Below, one piece after another: positions 1 through 9,014 of a stretch of DNA of 39,363 bases; position 1 is the stretch's first letter, and every line of letters begins with the position of its first letter. The translations under genes and the position numbers were made by a program. The notes beneath the pieces are model-generated. The model saw only the letters and a program-made list of their open reading frames with translations. It did no database searches and was not told where the DNA came from. The DNA comes from Clostridia bacterium (GTDB taxonomy: Bacteria; Bacillota; Clostridia; Oscillospirales; CAG-382): the NCBI GenBank assembly GCA_017629895.1, contig JAGBWF010000100.1, positions 1 to 39,363 on the forward strand, written 5' to 3'.

Positions 1-27
1 CGTTCAAAGGACAAAAAATACAATAAA

Positions 28-61
28 TAAAAAGAAGAAACAGCGTGTTTGCACGCTGTTT
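28..61 (-). terminator. intrinsic terminator of nagB
   Basis: Perfect 9-bp stem AACAGCGTG (39-47) / CACGCTGTT (52-60) with a 4-nt loop. On the minus strand it is followed by TCTTCTTTTTATTTATT, about 65 nt after the nagB stop. Confidence 0.7.
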
Positions 62-125
62 CAACCTTAATATATTCAATAATGAATTTCTTTTTTGTCC
101 GTTCTGCGCCGAATCAAACGTTCGT

Positions 126-848
126 TTAGCCTTCGTAAGCGTCCTTGTCAACAAGAATAATAGTGTTGGGGTGAAGCTTAAGAAGGGTTGCGGGGTTCTG
201 AGTGGTGATCTTGTCATCGAGAAGCTCGGAAACCGCCTGATGCTTAGCCTTACCGGTAGCGAGGAGGATGATGGTCTTAGCCTTCATGATAGAAGCCATA
301 CCCATAGTAACTGCCTGAGTGGGAACGTCTTCCTTCTTTTCGAAGAAACGAGCGTTTGCATTGATGGTGCTTTCGGTAAGACCGGTGAGGTGGGTACCTG
401 CAACGAGCTTTTCATCGGGCTCGTTGAACGCGATGTGGCCGTTCTGACCGATACCGAGAACCTGAATATCTACACCGCCTGCTGCGTCGATAGCTGCATC
501 GTATTCTGCGCCCATAGCTGCGGGATCTGCCGCGAGACCGTCGGGAACGCGGGTGTTTGCCTTGTCGATGTCGATGTGATCGAAGAAGTTAACGTTCATA
601 AAATAACGGTAACTCTGATCGTGTGTGGGAGCGAGGGGATAGTATTCGTCAAGGTTGAAGGATTTGCAATCCTTGAACGAGATTTCGCCCTTCTTGTTCA
701 TATCCGCAAGGATCTTGTACATACCGACGGGGGTAGAGCCGGTAGCAAGACCGAGAACGGAATTGGGCTTCATATAAACCTGTGCGGCGAAAATCTTCGC
801 TGCTTCCTTTGCAACTGCTTCTGCGTTTTCGCAAACAATAATTCTCAT
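126..848 (-). CDS. nagB: glucosamine-6-phosphate deaminase
   Basis: 240 aa, ATG with GGAGG SD. Hallmark NagB motifs 'LGLATGSTPVGMY' and 'GIGQNGHIAFNEP', and typical length. Confidence 0.9.
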   Translation of the reverse strand: MRIIVCENAEAVAKEAAKIFAAQVYMKPNSVLGLATGSTPVGMYKILADMNKKGEISFKDCKSFNLDEYYPLAPTHDQSYRYFMNVNFFDHIDIDKANTRVPDGLAADPAAMGAEYDAAIDAAGGVDIQVLGIGQNGHIAFNEPDEKLVAGTHLTGLTESTINANARFFEKKEDVPTQAVTMGMASIMKAKTIILLATGKAKHQAVSELLDDKITTQNPATLLKLHPNTIILVDKDAYEG

Positions 849-880
849 TTTTATTTCCTCCGAATTTTCATTCTGCGTTG

Positions 881-909
881 ATTATAGCACCCAAAGGCGC
901 GAATGTCAA
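881..909 (-). promoter_or_regulatory. sigma-A type promoter of nagB (perfect consensus)
   Basis: Minus strand reads TTGACA (909-904), 17 nt, TATAAT (886-881), with TGc immediately upstream of the -10 (extended -10). It lies about 30 nt upstream of the nagB SD. Confidence 0.65.
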
Positions 910-920
910 TATTTTAGGGG

Positions 921-957
921 ATAAATAAAGGCAGGATTGACAAAAATCAAGCCTGCC
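921..957 (-). terminator. intrinsic terminator of the M50-scpAB-ytfJ operon
   Basis: Stem GGCAGGATTGA (930-940) / TCAAGCCTGCC (947-957), 11 positions with one mismatch and a 6-nt loop. On the minus strand it is followed by TTTATTTAT, directly after the ytfJ stop. Confidence 0.65.
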
Positions 958-965
958 GATTATTT

Positions 966-1442
966 TTATTCGTTCTCTGCGAGTGTTTCATCGACCGATA
1001 TTGCGGAATCGGGCGATGCGCTGTAGGAATTGATGAGCGTCATAACCTTATCGACGATATCGGGAACCTTTTCGATAACGCCGTTAATGCCGTCGAGCAC
1101 GCGGTTGACAGGGTCCTTCGGAGCCTGATAGGTTGCGGGGTTGCCGAGCTCGATGATTCGCGCAACGCCGTTTTCGACAGCGATAAATCCAAGCGGAGTC
1201 ATTGTAACGCCTGCGCCGTTGCCGCCTGCAAAATAAGCCTTGCCGTCTGCACGGGGGTTCTTTCCGCCGTATTCGGTGCCGCCCGAAGCAAAGCCGACTG
1301 CGATTTTCGAAAAGGGTATGAGAGTAACCTCGCCGACGGAGATGGGTTCGCCGATAACGGTGTTGACGTCGACGACCTCGCCGATCTTTGAAAGTGCGGA
1401 TTCTATTATCTGTTTAAGCGGGATATCGTTCGTGTTGTTCAT
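966..1442 (-). CDS. ytfJ: sporulation protein YtfJ (GerW family)
   Basis: 158 aa, ATG with GGAGG SD. 'VIGEPISVGEVTLIPFSKIAVGFASGGTEYGG' and 'GNGAGVTMTPLGFI' match the GerW/YtfJ pattern. Position downstream of scpB is as in other Firmicutes. Confidence 0.8.
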   Translation of the reverse strand: MNNTNDIPLKQIIESALSKIGEVVDVNTVIGEPISVGEVTLIPFSKIAVGFASGGTEYGGKNPRADGKAYFAGGNGAGVTMTPLGFIAVENGVARIIELGNPATYQAPKDPVNRVLDGINGVIEKVPDIVDKVMTLINSYSASPDSAISVDETLAENE

Positions 1443-1460
1443 AAAATGCCTCCGTATAGA

Positions 1461-2045
1461 TTATTCTGCCTCGGTATTTTCGGCAGGCTCTTCTGCGGTA
1501 AAATCGATAGCGACCTGCTCGCCCGACATCTGAAGCTCGGTTTTGGGAAGATCGTCTATACTTTCCAAGCCGAAGCAACGCAAAAACGCATCGGTCGTGC
1601 CGAAAAGCACGGGTCTGCCGGGTGCATCAAGCGTGCCGCGCTCTGCAACAAGTCCCTTATCGACAAGCGAGGAAACGATAGAGTCGCTGTCAACGCCGCG
1701 CACCATTTCGATGAACGAGCGTGTAACCGGCTGGTTATATGCGATTATCGCCAAAACCTCAAGCGACGCCTTCGAAAGCGGGGGCGCTTTTCTTAATTCG
1801 AGCGCCTTTTTCACGTATTCGGCAACGTATGCCTTCGTGCAGAGCTGGTAAGCGCTTTCGACGGTGATAAGCTGTATGCCGCTTTCTCTGTCGTCCTGAT
1901 ATTTGTTTTTGAGAATTGCCGCCGCCTCGCGAAGTCCTTCGGCATTGACACCGAGTATTTCGCAAAGCCTTTCGAAAGCAACCGGCGCACCGCAGGCGAA
2001 TAATATTGCCTCGAGCGCGGCGGGGGTTTCGTGATTTATGTTCAT
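1461..2045 (-). CDS. scpB: segregation and condensation protein B
   Basis: 194 aa. 'LEAILFACGAPV' and 'LEVLAIIAYNQPVTRSFIEMVRGVDSDSIVSSLVDKGLV' are the winged-helix ScpB signature. It lies immediately downstream of scpA. Confidence 0.85.
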   Translation of the reverse strand: MNINHETPAALEAILFACGAPVAFERLCEILGVNAEGLREAAAILKNKYQDDRESGIQLITVESAYQLCTKAYVAEYVKKALELRKAPPLSKASLEVLAIIAYNQPVTRSFIEMVRGVDSDSIVSSLVDKGLVAERGTLDAPGRPVLFGTTDAFLRCFGLESIDDLPKTELQMSGEQVAIDFTAEEPAENTEAE

Positions 2046-2080
2046 AAGGCACCGACCTTTCGTTGTTTGAATTATGGGTC

Positions 2081-2815
2081 TTATACCGAGTCGGATTCCT
2101 GCTTTTCGTCGGCAGGCTCGGCGAGTGAAAGCTCAAGCTCTTCTCCGCTGCCCTCGACGTCAACCAAGCCGTCGCGCACAAGCTCAAGCAGAGCCATAAA
2201 CACCGCGACAGCCTCGCTTCTGCTTCTTACCCGCAAAAACAGGTCGATAAATAAGCAGGTGCGCTTGCTTTTGAGATAGGAAATAACGGCTTCGGATTTT
2301 TCCTCGACGGAATAATAGCGTTCCTCGATACGCTTGAAAAGCTCGGGCTCGCCCTCGTTTTTGCGCAATGCAACGCGATCGGCAATGCGCGAAAACGCTT
2401 CTGTGAGAAGCTCTACCGCATGATCGCGCGAGTAATCGCTCTTTTCGGGCTCGCTTGCGGGCTTTGTGAAGGTATCGTAGTGCCCCGCACTCTGCATTTT
2501 CAGAAATTCGGCAGCCGCTTTGGCGCGTTGGTGCTCAAGCAGAGCATCAACAAGCGTGGCGCGCGGGTCTTCGCTTTCCTCGTTGCGCGGTAGGAGCATT
2601 TTGCTTTTGATAAGCATAAGCTCTGCCGCCATAACGAGAAATTCGCTCGTAACCTCCATATCCATTTTGCGCATAGCGTCGAGATAGGCGACGTACTGAT
2701 CGCAAATTTCGGAAATGGGGATGTCGAAAATATCTATTTTGTGTTTGGAAATAAGGGCGAGCAGTAAATCGAGAGGTCCCTCGTATTGCTCAACCTTTAA
2801 ATTGAGTATTTCCAT
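2081..2815 (-). CDS. scpA: segregation and condensation protein A (kleisin)
   Basis: 244 aa. N-terminal 'YEGPLDLLLALISKHKIDIFDIPISEI' is the canonical ScpA motif. Confidence 0.85.
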   Translation of the reverse strand: MEILNLKVEQYEGPLDLLLALISKHKIDIFDIPISEICDQYVAYLDAMRKMDMEVTSEFLVMAAELMLIKSKMLLPRNEESEDPRATLVDALLEHQRAKAAAEFLKMQSAGHYDTFTKPASEPEKSDYSRDHAVELLTEAFSRIADRVALRKNEGEPELFKRIEERYYSVEEKSEAVISYLKSKRTCLFIDLFLRVRSRSEAVAVFMALLELVRDGLVDVEGSGEELELSLAEPADEKQESDSV

Positions 2816-2840
2816 AAATCACCGTTAATATTTAAAGATA

Positions 2841-3560
2841 TTATGCAAAAAGCGAGCCGAAAATCATATCTCCGAATTCCACGAAAAGCTCGAAGAGAAG
2901 CGATCTTCCTTGGTTTACGGGCCAGAACACTATTTCGGAAATAAATGAAAGGCTGGGAATTCGGCGCATAATTACGAGCGCCAGAAAGATATAGCTTGAA
3001 TAGTATCTGATTTTGGAATACTTCGCCGCCAATCTGTTGGGAAGCAGACAGATAAGAATATTCGAGCCGTCGAGCGGGGGAAGGGGAATAAGGTTAAACA
3101 AGCCAAGGCCGAGATTATAAAGCGTCGAGAAATAGAAGACGTTTATAATCACCGTTGCCGTCATTTGCGAAACGTCCCAAGCCGAGCAGGCGTAAAACGC
3201 GAGCACGTACAGAAGCGCCGATATAAAGCCGAGCAAAAGGTTCGAAATCGGGCCTGCGAGCGAGGTGAGCGCAAAATCGCGGCGCGGCTTTTTGAAATGG
3301 CGAGTGTTTACCGGCACCGGCTTTGCCCAACCGAAGCCGACGAGCAGAAGCATAAGCGTTCCGAGCGGGTCGAGATGGTCGAGCGGGTTTAACGAAAGCC
3401 TGCCGTCTGCCCTTGCCGTGCTGTCGCCCAGCTTATACGCCGCATATCCGTGCGCCCATTCGTGTACCGAGAGCGCGGGAAGAAGCGCAAGGACGGAAAT
3501 GAGGAGAAGCACGAGCTTTTCGCCCAGCGTTCCGCCGCTGCTTAAAATAGAAAATAGCAT
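2841..3560 (-). CDS. site-2 protease family (peptidase M50) integral membrane zinc metalloprotease
   Basis: 239 aa, multi-pass hydrophobic. HExxH ('HEWAHGYAAY') sits inside the first helix, followed by 'LNPLDHLDPLGT' and 'NLIPLPPLDG'. Confidence 0.8.
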   Translation of the reverse strand: MLFSILSSGGTLGEKLVLLLISVLALLPALSVHEWAHGYAAYKLGDSTARADGRLSLNPLDHLDPLGTLMLLLVGFGWAKPVPVNTRHFKKPRRDFALTSLAGPISNLLLGFISALLYVLAFYACSAWDVSQMTATVIINVFYFSTLYNLGLGLFNLIPLPPLDGSNILICLLPNRLAAKYSKIRYYSSYIFLALVIMRRIPSLSFISEIVFWPVNQGRSLLFELFVEFGDMIFGSLFA

Positions 3561-3577
3561 TTAAATCAGTCCTTATA

Positions 3578-5209
3578 TTACTTGAGCTTTATCATGGAAG
3601 CTTCCCACATTTCAGGAGCCTCGTAGCCCATCATTGTAACGACGGTAGCCGCGACGTTTGCAAGACCGTAGCTGCCCTCAATGCATTCGTATTTGTCGGA
3701 ATAGAAATTATCGTAGATATAGCAGGGAACGGGGTTGAGAGTATGGCTGGTCTTTGCCTTCTTGCTTCCGTCCTTGTTGGTCTTTGCAAGTCCGGTCTTC
3801 TTGTCGATTTCATACATTTCGTCTGCATTGCCGTGGTCTGCGGTGATGATTGCGATACCCTTGACCTCGTCGATCGCCTTAAGGATTCTTGCGAGACAGA
3901 CGTCGAGAGCCTCGACCGAGATCTTTGCCGCGATAAACGAGCCGGTATGACCAACCATATCGCCGTTGGGGAAGTTAACGCGGAGAGAATCGAAGCTGCC
4001 GCTCTTGATCTTTTCGATAAGCACGTCGGTGATTTCGGCACACTTCATCCAGGGGCGCTGTTCGAAGGGAACTACGTCGGAGGGGATTTCGATGTATTCC
4101 TCGAGCTCTTCGGAGAACTTGCCGCTTCTGTTGCCGTTCCAGAAATAAGTAACGTGGCCGTACTTCTGGGTTTCGGAGATAGCGAGCTGACGGATTCCCT
4201 TATTAACGAGGAATTCGCCGAGAGTGTTGCTGATTTCGGGAGGCGAAACGAGGTATTTGGAGGGGATGTGAGCGTCGCCGTCATATTCGAGCATACCTGC
4301 GAATACAACCTTGGGAGCGCGGACACGGTCGAATTTATCGAAATCCGCACCTGCTTCGAAGGTCTTGCTGATCTCGATCGATCTGTCGCCGCGGAAGTTG
4401 AAGAATACAACGCTGTCGCCGTCCTCGACGGTGCCTACGGGCTTGCCGTCGTGTGCGATAACGAAGGGAGCGAGATCCTGGTCGATTGCGCCGGTTTCTG
4501 CGCGGAGGGTATTGATAGCCTCCTCTGCGGATGCGAACTGTCTGCCCTCGCCGAGAACGTGGGTCTGCCAGCCCTTTTCTACCATTGCCCAGTTTGCTTC
4601 ATAACGGTCCATGGTGATAACCATACGTCCGCCGCCCGAAGCGATGCAAACGTCGAAATTAGCGTCGCGGAGCGAGGAAAGGAAATCCTCAAAGGGAAGC
4701 ACGTATTCGAGTGCGCTGGTTTCGCCTACGTCGCGGCCGTCGAGAAGGATATGGATACGAACCTTTTTAAGTCCCTCTTCCTTTGCGCGAACGATCATTG
4801 CTTTGAGGTGGTCGATGTGCGAGTGAACGTTACCGTCCGAGAAGAGACCGAGGAAGTGAAGCGTCGAGTCTTTTGCGTTTGCGACGATTTCCTTCCAGGA
4901 TGCGCTTTCGAACATTCTGCCGCTTTCGATAGCTTCGCTTACAAGCTTTGCACCCTGCGCGAATACCTGACCTGCGCCGAGTGCGTTGTGGCCAACCTCG
5001 GAGTTACCCATATCGTCGTCGGAGGGGAGACCTACCGCGGTGCCGTGAGCCTTGAGGCAGAAGCAGGGGTATTTTGCGGAGAGCATATCGAGGGTGGGGG
5101 TGTCAGCCGCTTTTATAGCGTCGCCTTCCTCGCGGCCCGAGATGCCGATGCCGTCCATTACGATTGTAACTATGGGGCGCATTTCTGCGCCGAAAATTCC
5201 GTTAGACAT
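3578..5209 (-). CDS. gpmI: 2,3-bisphosphoglycerate-independent phosphoglycerate mutase
   Basis: 543 aa. 'DGIGI', 'MGNSEVGHNALGAG' (catalytic Ser region), 'NGDMVGHTG' and 'TADHGNAD' are alkaline-phosphatase-superfamily iPGM motifs. Confidence 0.9.
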   Translation of the reverse strand: MSNGIFGAEMRPIVTIVMDGIGISGREEGDAIKAADTPTLDMLSAKYPCFCLKAHGTAVGLPSDDDMGNSEVGHNALGAGQVFAQGAKLVSEAIESGRMFESASWKEIVANAKDSTLHFLGLFSDGNVHSHIDHLKAMIVRAKEEGLKKVRIHILLDGRDVGETSALEYVLPFEDFLSSLRDANFDVCIASGGGRMVITMDRYEANWAMVEKGWQTHVLGEGRQFASAEEAINTLRAETGAIDQDLAPFVIAHDGKPVGTVEDGDSVVFFNFRGDRSIEISKTFEAGADFDKFDRVRAPKVVFAGMLEYDGDAHIPSKYLVSPPEISNTLGEFLVNKGIRQLAISETQKYGHVTYFWNGNRSGKFSEELEEYIEIPSDVVPFEQRPWMKCAEITDVLIEKIKSGSFDSLRVNFPNGDMVGHTGSFIAAKISVEALDVCLARILKAIDEVKGIAIITADHGNADEMYEIDKKTGLAKTNKDGSKKAKTSHTLNPVPCYIYDNFYSDKYECIEGSYGLANVAATVVTMMGYEAPEMWEASMIKLK

Positions 5210-5254
5210 AATAATATTACCCTTTCGGTTACAAAAATATATTTTAACATTATA

Positions 5255-5282
5255 ATTATACCAAAAAATGTTTGTTTTTCAA
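5255..5282 (-). promoter_or_regulatory. sigma-A type promoter of gpmI
   Basis: Minus strand reads TTGAAA (5282-5277), 16 nt, TATAAT (5260-5255), preceded by TGg (extended -10). Confidence 0.5.
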
Positions 5283-5315
5283 TAGCTTTTTATTATTTTT
5301 TCTTTAATTATATAT

Positions 5316-5344
5316 TTGACAGAGCGGGAAATAGGTGGTATAAT
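5316..5344 (+). promoter_or_regulatory. sigma-A type promoter of the nusB operon (perfect consensus)
   Basis: TTGACA (5316-5321), 17 nt, TATAAT (5339-5344), preceded by TGg. It is divergent from the gpmI promoter. Confidence 0.65.
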
Positions 5345-5381
5345 AACGTGAATCATTATGTTTTTGTATGAGGTAGGCTAT

Positions 5382-5864
5382 ATGACAAGACGCGAATCGC
5401 GCGAGGTGGCAATAACTTTGCTTTTCGAGCGCAGCTTTGATTACGATCGCACTCCCGAGCAGATAATGGAAGACGCTATGGAGGAGCGCGAACTGAAAAT
5501 AAGCGAATTTGCTAAACAGCTTTTCCTTGTTGCCGATGAAAATCTCGGCGATATAAACGAAAAGATCGAGCGCTGTGCTGAAAATTGGAGAATCGACCGT
5601 ATCGACAGAGTATCCTTGTCGGTGCTCCGTTTGGCAGGCTGTGAAATAGATTATTTCCCCGAAATCCCCGTTGAAATTACGGTGAACGAGGCGCTTGAGC
5701 TCGCACGTCATTTCGGCGAGGAGGATTCCGTCGGCTTTATCAACGGCGTGCTCGGCAGATACGCAAAGGGCGTCGAAAAGCCTCTTGCGAAGAAAAAGCC
5801 GCTTTCGGCAGAGACCGAAGAGGATACCGAAGAGCTTATTAATCCCGAAGAGGCAGGCGAATGA
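5382..5864 (+). CDS. nusB: transcription antitermination factor NusB
   Basis: 160 aa from ATG 5382 (SD GAGGT 7 nt upstream). The track start 5358 is only 14 nt after the -10 and has no SD. 'SREVAITLLFE' and 'TVNEALELARHFGEEDSVGFINGVLG' are NusB-like, with an acidic C-terminal extension. Confidence 0.85.
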   Translation: MTRRESREVAITLLFERSFDYDRTPEQIMEDAMEERELKISEFAKQLFLVADENLGDINEKIERCAENWRIDRIDRVSLSVLRLAGCEIDYFPEIPVEITVNEALELARHFGEEDSVGFINGVLGRYAKGVEKPLAKKKPLSAETEEDTEELINPEEAGE

Positions 5865-7060
5865 ACGGTCAAACCGTGCGCGCGCTGACAGTCGAGCAGC
5901 TTAATACCTATATTAAGGATTATCTCGCGACCTCGCCGATGCTCAATAAGGTCGTGGTGAAGGGCGAGCTTTCGAACGTGCGTGTTTACGGCGGAAGCGG
6001 ACATATATATTTCACCTTAAAGGACGAAAACTCGGCGATTCCCGCAACGATGTTCGGCGGTGCTTCAAAGCTTAAATTCAAGCCCGAAAACGGTATGAAG
6101 GTCGTATGCACGGGTCGCGTTGCGGTTTTCGTGCGCGACGGACAGTACAGGCTTTACGCCGAGGAAATCGAGCCCGACGGTATCGGCTCGCTCTATATCG
6201 CCTTCGAGCAGTTAAAGGCGAAGCTGCAGAAGGAAGGGCTTTTTGCGCCCGAGCATAAGAAAAAAATACCGAAAATCCCCTTTTCCGTCGGAATAATCAC
6301 CGCTCCCGGCGGTGCGGCGGTAAGGGATATGATAAACGTTTCGCGCAGGCGCTTTCCTGCCGTGAAGCTGTATTTGTACCCCTCGCTCGTTCAGGGACCG
6401 TCTGCACCCGCGCAGATGATAGAGGCACTTAAAAATCTCGATGCGAGCGGTAAATGCGACGTTATAATTATCGGCAGAGGCGGCGGAAGCGCCGAGGATC
6501 TGTGGTGCTTTAACGACGAAGCGCTTGCACACGCGGTTTACGAATGTAAAACCCCGATAATTTCGGCTGTCGGCCACGAAACCGATTTCACGATATGCGA
6601 TTTCGTTGCAGACCTGCGCGCGCCTACACCCAGTGCGGCGGCAGAACTTGCCGTGCCCGACGTGCGCGAGCTCAAAAAGCAGTTTTTGAACGTCGAAAAG
6701 AGAATGCTTCAAAGCCTTAATTCGAAAACCGATTATCTCCGTCAAAGATTGCTGGTGCTTTCACAGCGCCCCGTGCTTCAAAGCCCGAAAAGTTATTTCG
6801 ACGACAGAAGAATGGCTGTCGCGAGGAACGAGGAGCGGTTATATAATATCGTCGGCAACAGGATCGAACGCGAAAAAATGAAGCTTTTCGCACAAAACGA
6901 AAAGCTGAAAAGCCTTGATCCCCTTTCTGTTCTTGGCAGAGGCTTTTCGGTAGCCTTCGGCGAGGACGGCAGGGCGATAAAGAGTGTGGACGAGCTGCCT
7001 GCAGGAACAGAATTCGAGCTTATGCTTTCCGACGGCAAGAAGAAAGCGGTAGCTAAATAG
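5861..7060 (+). CDS. xseA: exodeoxyribonuclease VII large subunit
   Basis: 399 aa, ATGA overlap with nusB. OB-fold N-terminus 'VKGELSNVRVYGGSGHIYFTLKD', then 'VGIITAPGGAAVRDM' and 'IIGRGGGSAEDLWCFNDE'. Confidence 0.9.
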   Translation: MNGQTVRALTVEQLNTYIKDYLATSPMLNKVVVKGELSNVRVYGGSGHIYFTLKDENSAIPATMFGGASKLKFKPENGMKVVCTGRVAVFVRDGQYRLYAEEIEPDGIGSLYIAFEQLKAKLQKEGLFAPEHKKKIPKIPFSVGIITAPGGAAVRDMINVSRRRFPAVKLYLYPSLVQGPSAPAQMIEALKNLDASGKCDVIIIGRGGGSAEDLWCFNDEALAHAVYECKTPIISAVGHETDFTICDFVADLRAPTPSAAAELAVPDVRELKKQFLNVEKRMLQSLNSKTDYLRQRLLVLSQRPVLQSPKSYFDDRRMAVARNEERLYNIVGNRIEREKMKLFAQNEKLKSLDPLSVLGRGFSVAFGEDGRAIKSVDELPAGTEFELMLSDGKKKAVAK

Positions 7061-7095
7061 AAAACAGATTAACAGAAGGAAATATCGAAAGAAAA

Positions 7096-7986
7096 ATGGG
7101 ACGTATAATCAGAGCAATGACAAGAGACGGCTCGGCGAGAGCTATCCTTATCGATGGGCGCGATATAGTAGAGCGTGCACGTCAGATACACAATACAACC
7201 CCCGTTGCAACCGCGGCGCTCGGCAGAACGCTTATCGCGGCTTCGCTTGCGGGCTCGATGCTCGGCGAAAAGGATGACGTTATGACCATTCGCTTCAAGG
7301 GCGACGGTGTCGGCGGAAGTGTTGTCGTAACGAGCGATTGGTGCGGTAACGTGCGCGGATTTATTCAGAACCCGCAGGCAGACCTGCCCCTCCGTGCCGA
7401 CGGCAAGCTCGACGTGGGCGGCTGTATCGGCAAGGGCGAGCTTTATATATTGCGCGATGCGGGCGGAAGCGAGCCCTACGTCGGCGTTTCGAAGATACAG
7501 ACCGGCGAGGTCGGCGACGATATCGCATATTATTATGCGACGAGCGAGCAGATACCCACCGTATGTGCGCTCGGCGTTTTGGTCGACCGCGATTACAGTG
7601 TTAAAGAGGCGGGCGGCGCGTTGGTGCAGCTTTTGCCCTTTGCAGATGAAGAGGTTGCCGAAAAATTGGAGCAGAACGCCGCGAAAATGCACGCTGTTAC
7701 AAAAACCTTGTCCGAAGGCAAGCTCGAGGACGTGCTCGACGAGGTGTTCGACGGCATCGAATACGACGTTTTCGATGAAATCGAATGCGAATACAAATGC
7801 GTTTGCAGCCGCGAAAAGACCGATAACGCGCTCATTTCGCTCGGCGCGAAGGAATTGAACGACATGATAGAAAACGGTGAAGAGGTTACGGTTATGACCT
7901 GCAGCTTCTGCGATGCCGTTTACAAATATTCGAAGAGCGATTTGAAGCATTTGCTTAAAATCGTAGAGAAAAACAATGAAAACTAA
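7096..7986 (+). CDS. hslO: redox-regulated chaperone Hsp33
   Basis: 296 aa. 'AMTRDGSARAILIDGRDIV...HNTTPVATAALGRTLIA' plus the C-terminal zinc/redox switch CxC...CxxC ('CVCSREK', 'CSFCDAVY'). Confidence 0.9.
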   Translation: MGRIIRAMTRDGSARAILIDGRDIVERARQIHNTTPVATAALGRTLIAASLAGSMLGEKDDVMTIRFKGDGVGGSVVVTSDWCGNVRGFIQNPQADLPLRADGKLDVGGCIGKGELYILRDAGGSEPYVGVSKIQTGEVGDDIAYYYATSEQIPTVCALGVLVDRDYSVKEAGGALVQLLPFADEEVAEKLEQNAAKMHAVTKTLSEGKLEDVLDEVFDGIEYDVFDEIECEYKCVCSREKTDNALISLGAKELNDMIENGEEVTVMTCSFCDAVYKYSKSDLKHLLKIVEKNNEN

Positions 7987-8692
7987 AAGAATTGCGCTGG
8001 TAACCGGCGGTGCGCGCGGTATCGGAGAGGCGATCTGTCGTGCTCTTTCAAAAGAGGGATATTATCTTTATATCCATTGCAATCAAAGCATTAATGCCGC
8101 GGCTGATCTTTGCGAGGAGCTCGGCAATTCCGAATTTGTTTCCGCCGATCTGAGCGATGCGGCGGCGGTCGAAGCGCTTGCCGAAAAATGCAAGGATATA
8201 GACGTTCTTGTGAACAATGCGGGTGTTGCGCTCGTTTCCCCCTTCGATGCGATTTCGGAGGAGACGGCGAGAAAAATGTACGAAACAAACCTTTTTGCGC
8301 CGATAAATCTCGCGAGAAGAATACTGCCCTCGATGATAAGCCGAAAAAGCGGTGTTATTATCAATATCTCGTCGGTCTTCGGCGAAAGCGGCGGCAGCTG
8401 TGAGGTCGATTATTCGGCGGCAAAGGCGGGAATTATCGGATTTACAAAGGCACTTGCAAAGGAAGTCGGACCTGCGGGAATACGCGTTAACTGCGTCTGC
8501 CCCGGCATTATCGATACCGATATGAACGACGACCTTACCTTCGAAGACGTTGATGCGCTTTGCGATGAAATTCCGCTCGGCAGAATGGGCGAAGCGAGCG
8601 AGGTTGCAGAATGTGTGGCGTTTCTGGCATCAGACAGGGCAAAATATATAACCGGCTCGGTCTTCGACGTCAACGGCGGCTGGAACGGATAA
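7976..8692 (+). CDS. short-chain dehydrogenase/reductase (3-oxoacyl-ACP reductase-like)
   Basis: 238 aa. 'VTGGARGIGEAI' (TGxxxGIG), 'NNAG' and 'YSAAKAG' (YxxxK). It overlaps the hslO end by 11 nt. Confidence 0.8.
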   Translation: MKTKRIALVTGGARGIGEAICRALSKEGYYLYIHCNQSINAAADLCEELGNSEFVSADLSDAAAVEALAEKCKDIDVLVNNAGVALVSPFDAISEETARKMYETNLFAPINLARRILPSMISRKSGVIINISSVFGESGGSCEVDYSAAKAGIIGFTKALAKEVGPAGIRVNCVCPGIIDTDMNDDLTFEDVDALCDEIPLGRMGEASEVAECVAFLASDRAKYITGSVFDVNGGWNG

Positions 8693-8714
8693 TAAAACAC
8701 TCGGAGGTGCTTTT

Positions 8715-8999
8715 ATGGATATTTACGACCTTATAGTTGATGAATTGTTCAAGAAAAAATCCTTGGCGGCGCTTATGTTTTTAATAGACGGCGGCAGGGA
8801 ATTAGAGCTTGCTTTCGATGGCTGTGAATATTTTATTTCGCAAAGCGGTTCCGCAAAATACGTTTCGCTATGGCAGAGCAACGTCGCGGAAAGCGAGCAG
8901 AGCTTCGAAAGCACCTATGAACTGATTTGCAACGCCGTTATAAACGGCAAAGCCTTTACAGAGGTATGGAAAAGCGCCGAACCGAAATTCTTGTTGTAA
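8715..8999 (+). CDS. hypothetical 94-aa cytoplasmic protein
   Basis: ATG 8 nt behind a strong SD (GGAGGTG), in the same operon frame-work as its neighbours. I recognise no family motif. Confidence 0.55.
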   Translation: MDIYDLIVDELFKKKSLAALMFLIDGGRELELAFDGCEYFISQSGSAKYVSLWQSNVAESEQSFESTYELICNAVINGKAFTEVWKSAEPKFLL

Positions 9000-9014
9000 C
9001 GTGAGGGAACGAAT

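Noticed and set aside
649-834. Numerous 60-140-aa ORFs nested inside larger genes in other frames (for example 649-834, 3115-3330, 8091-8288, 11541-12128, 26425-26640, 28520-28819, 29347-29646).
   Set aside because: All are fully embedded in strongly supported CDSs. Their translations are Arg/Ser/Pro-rich, as is typical of off-frame reading of this codon usage, and none has a start context.
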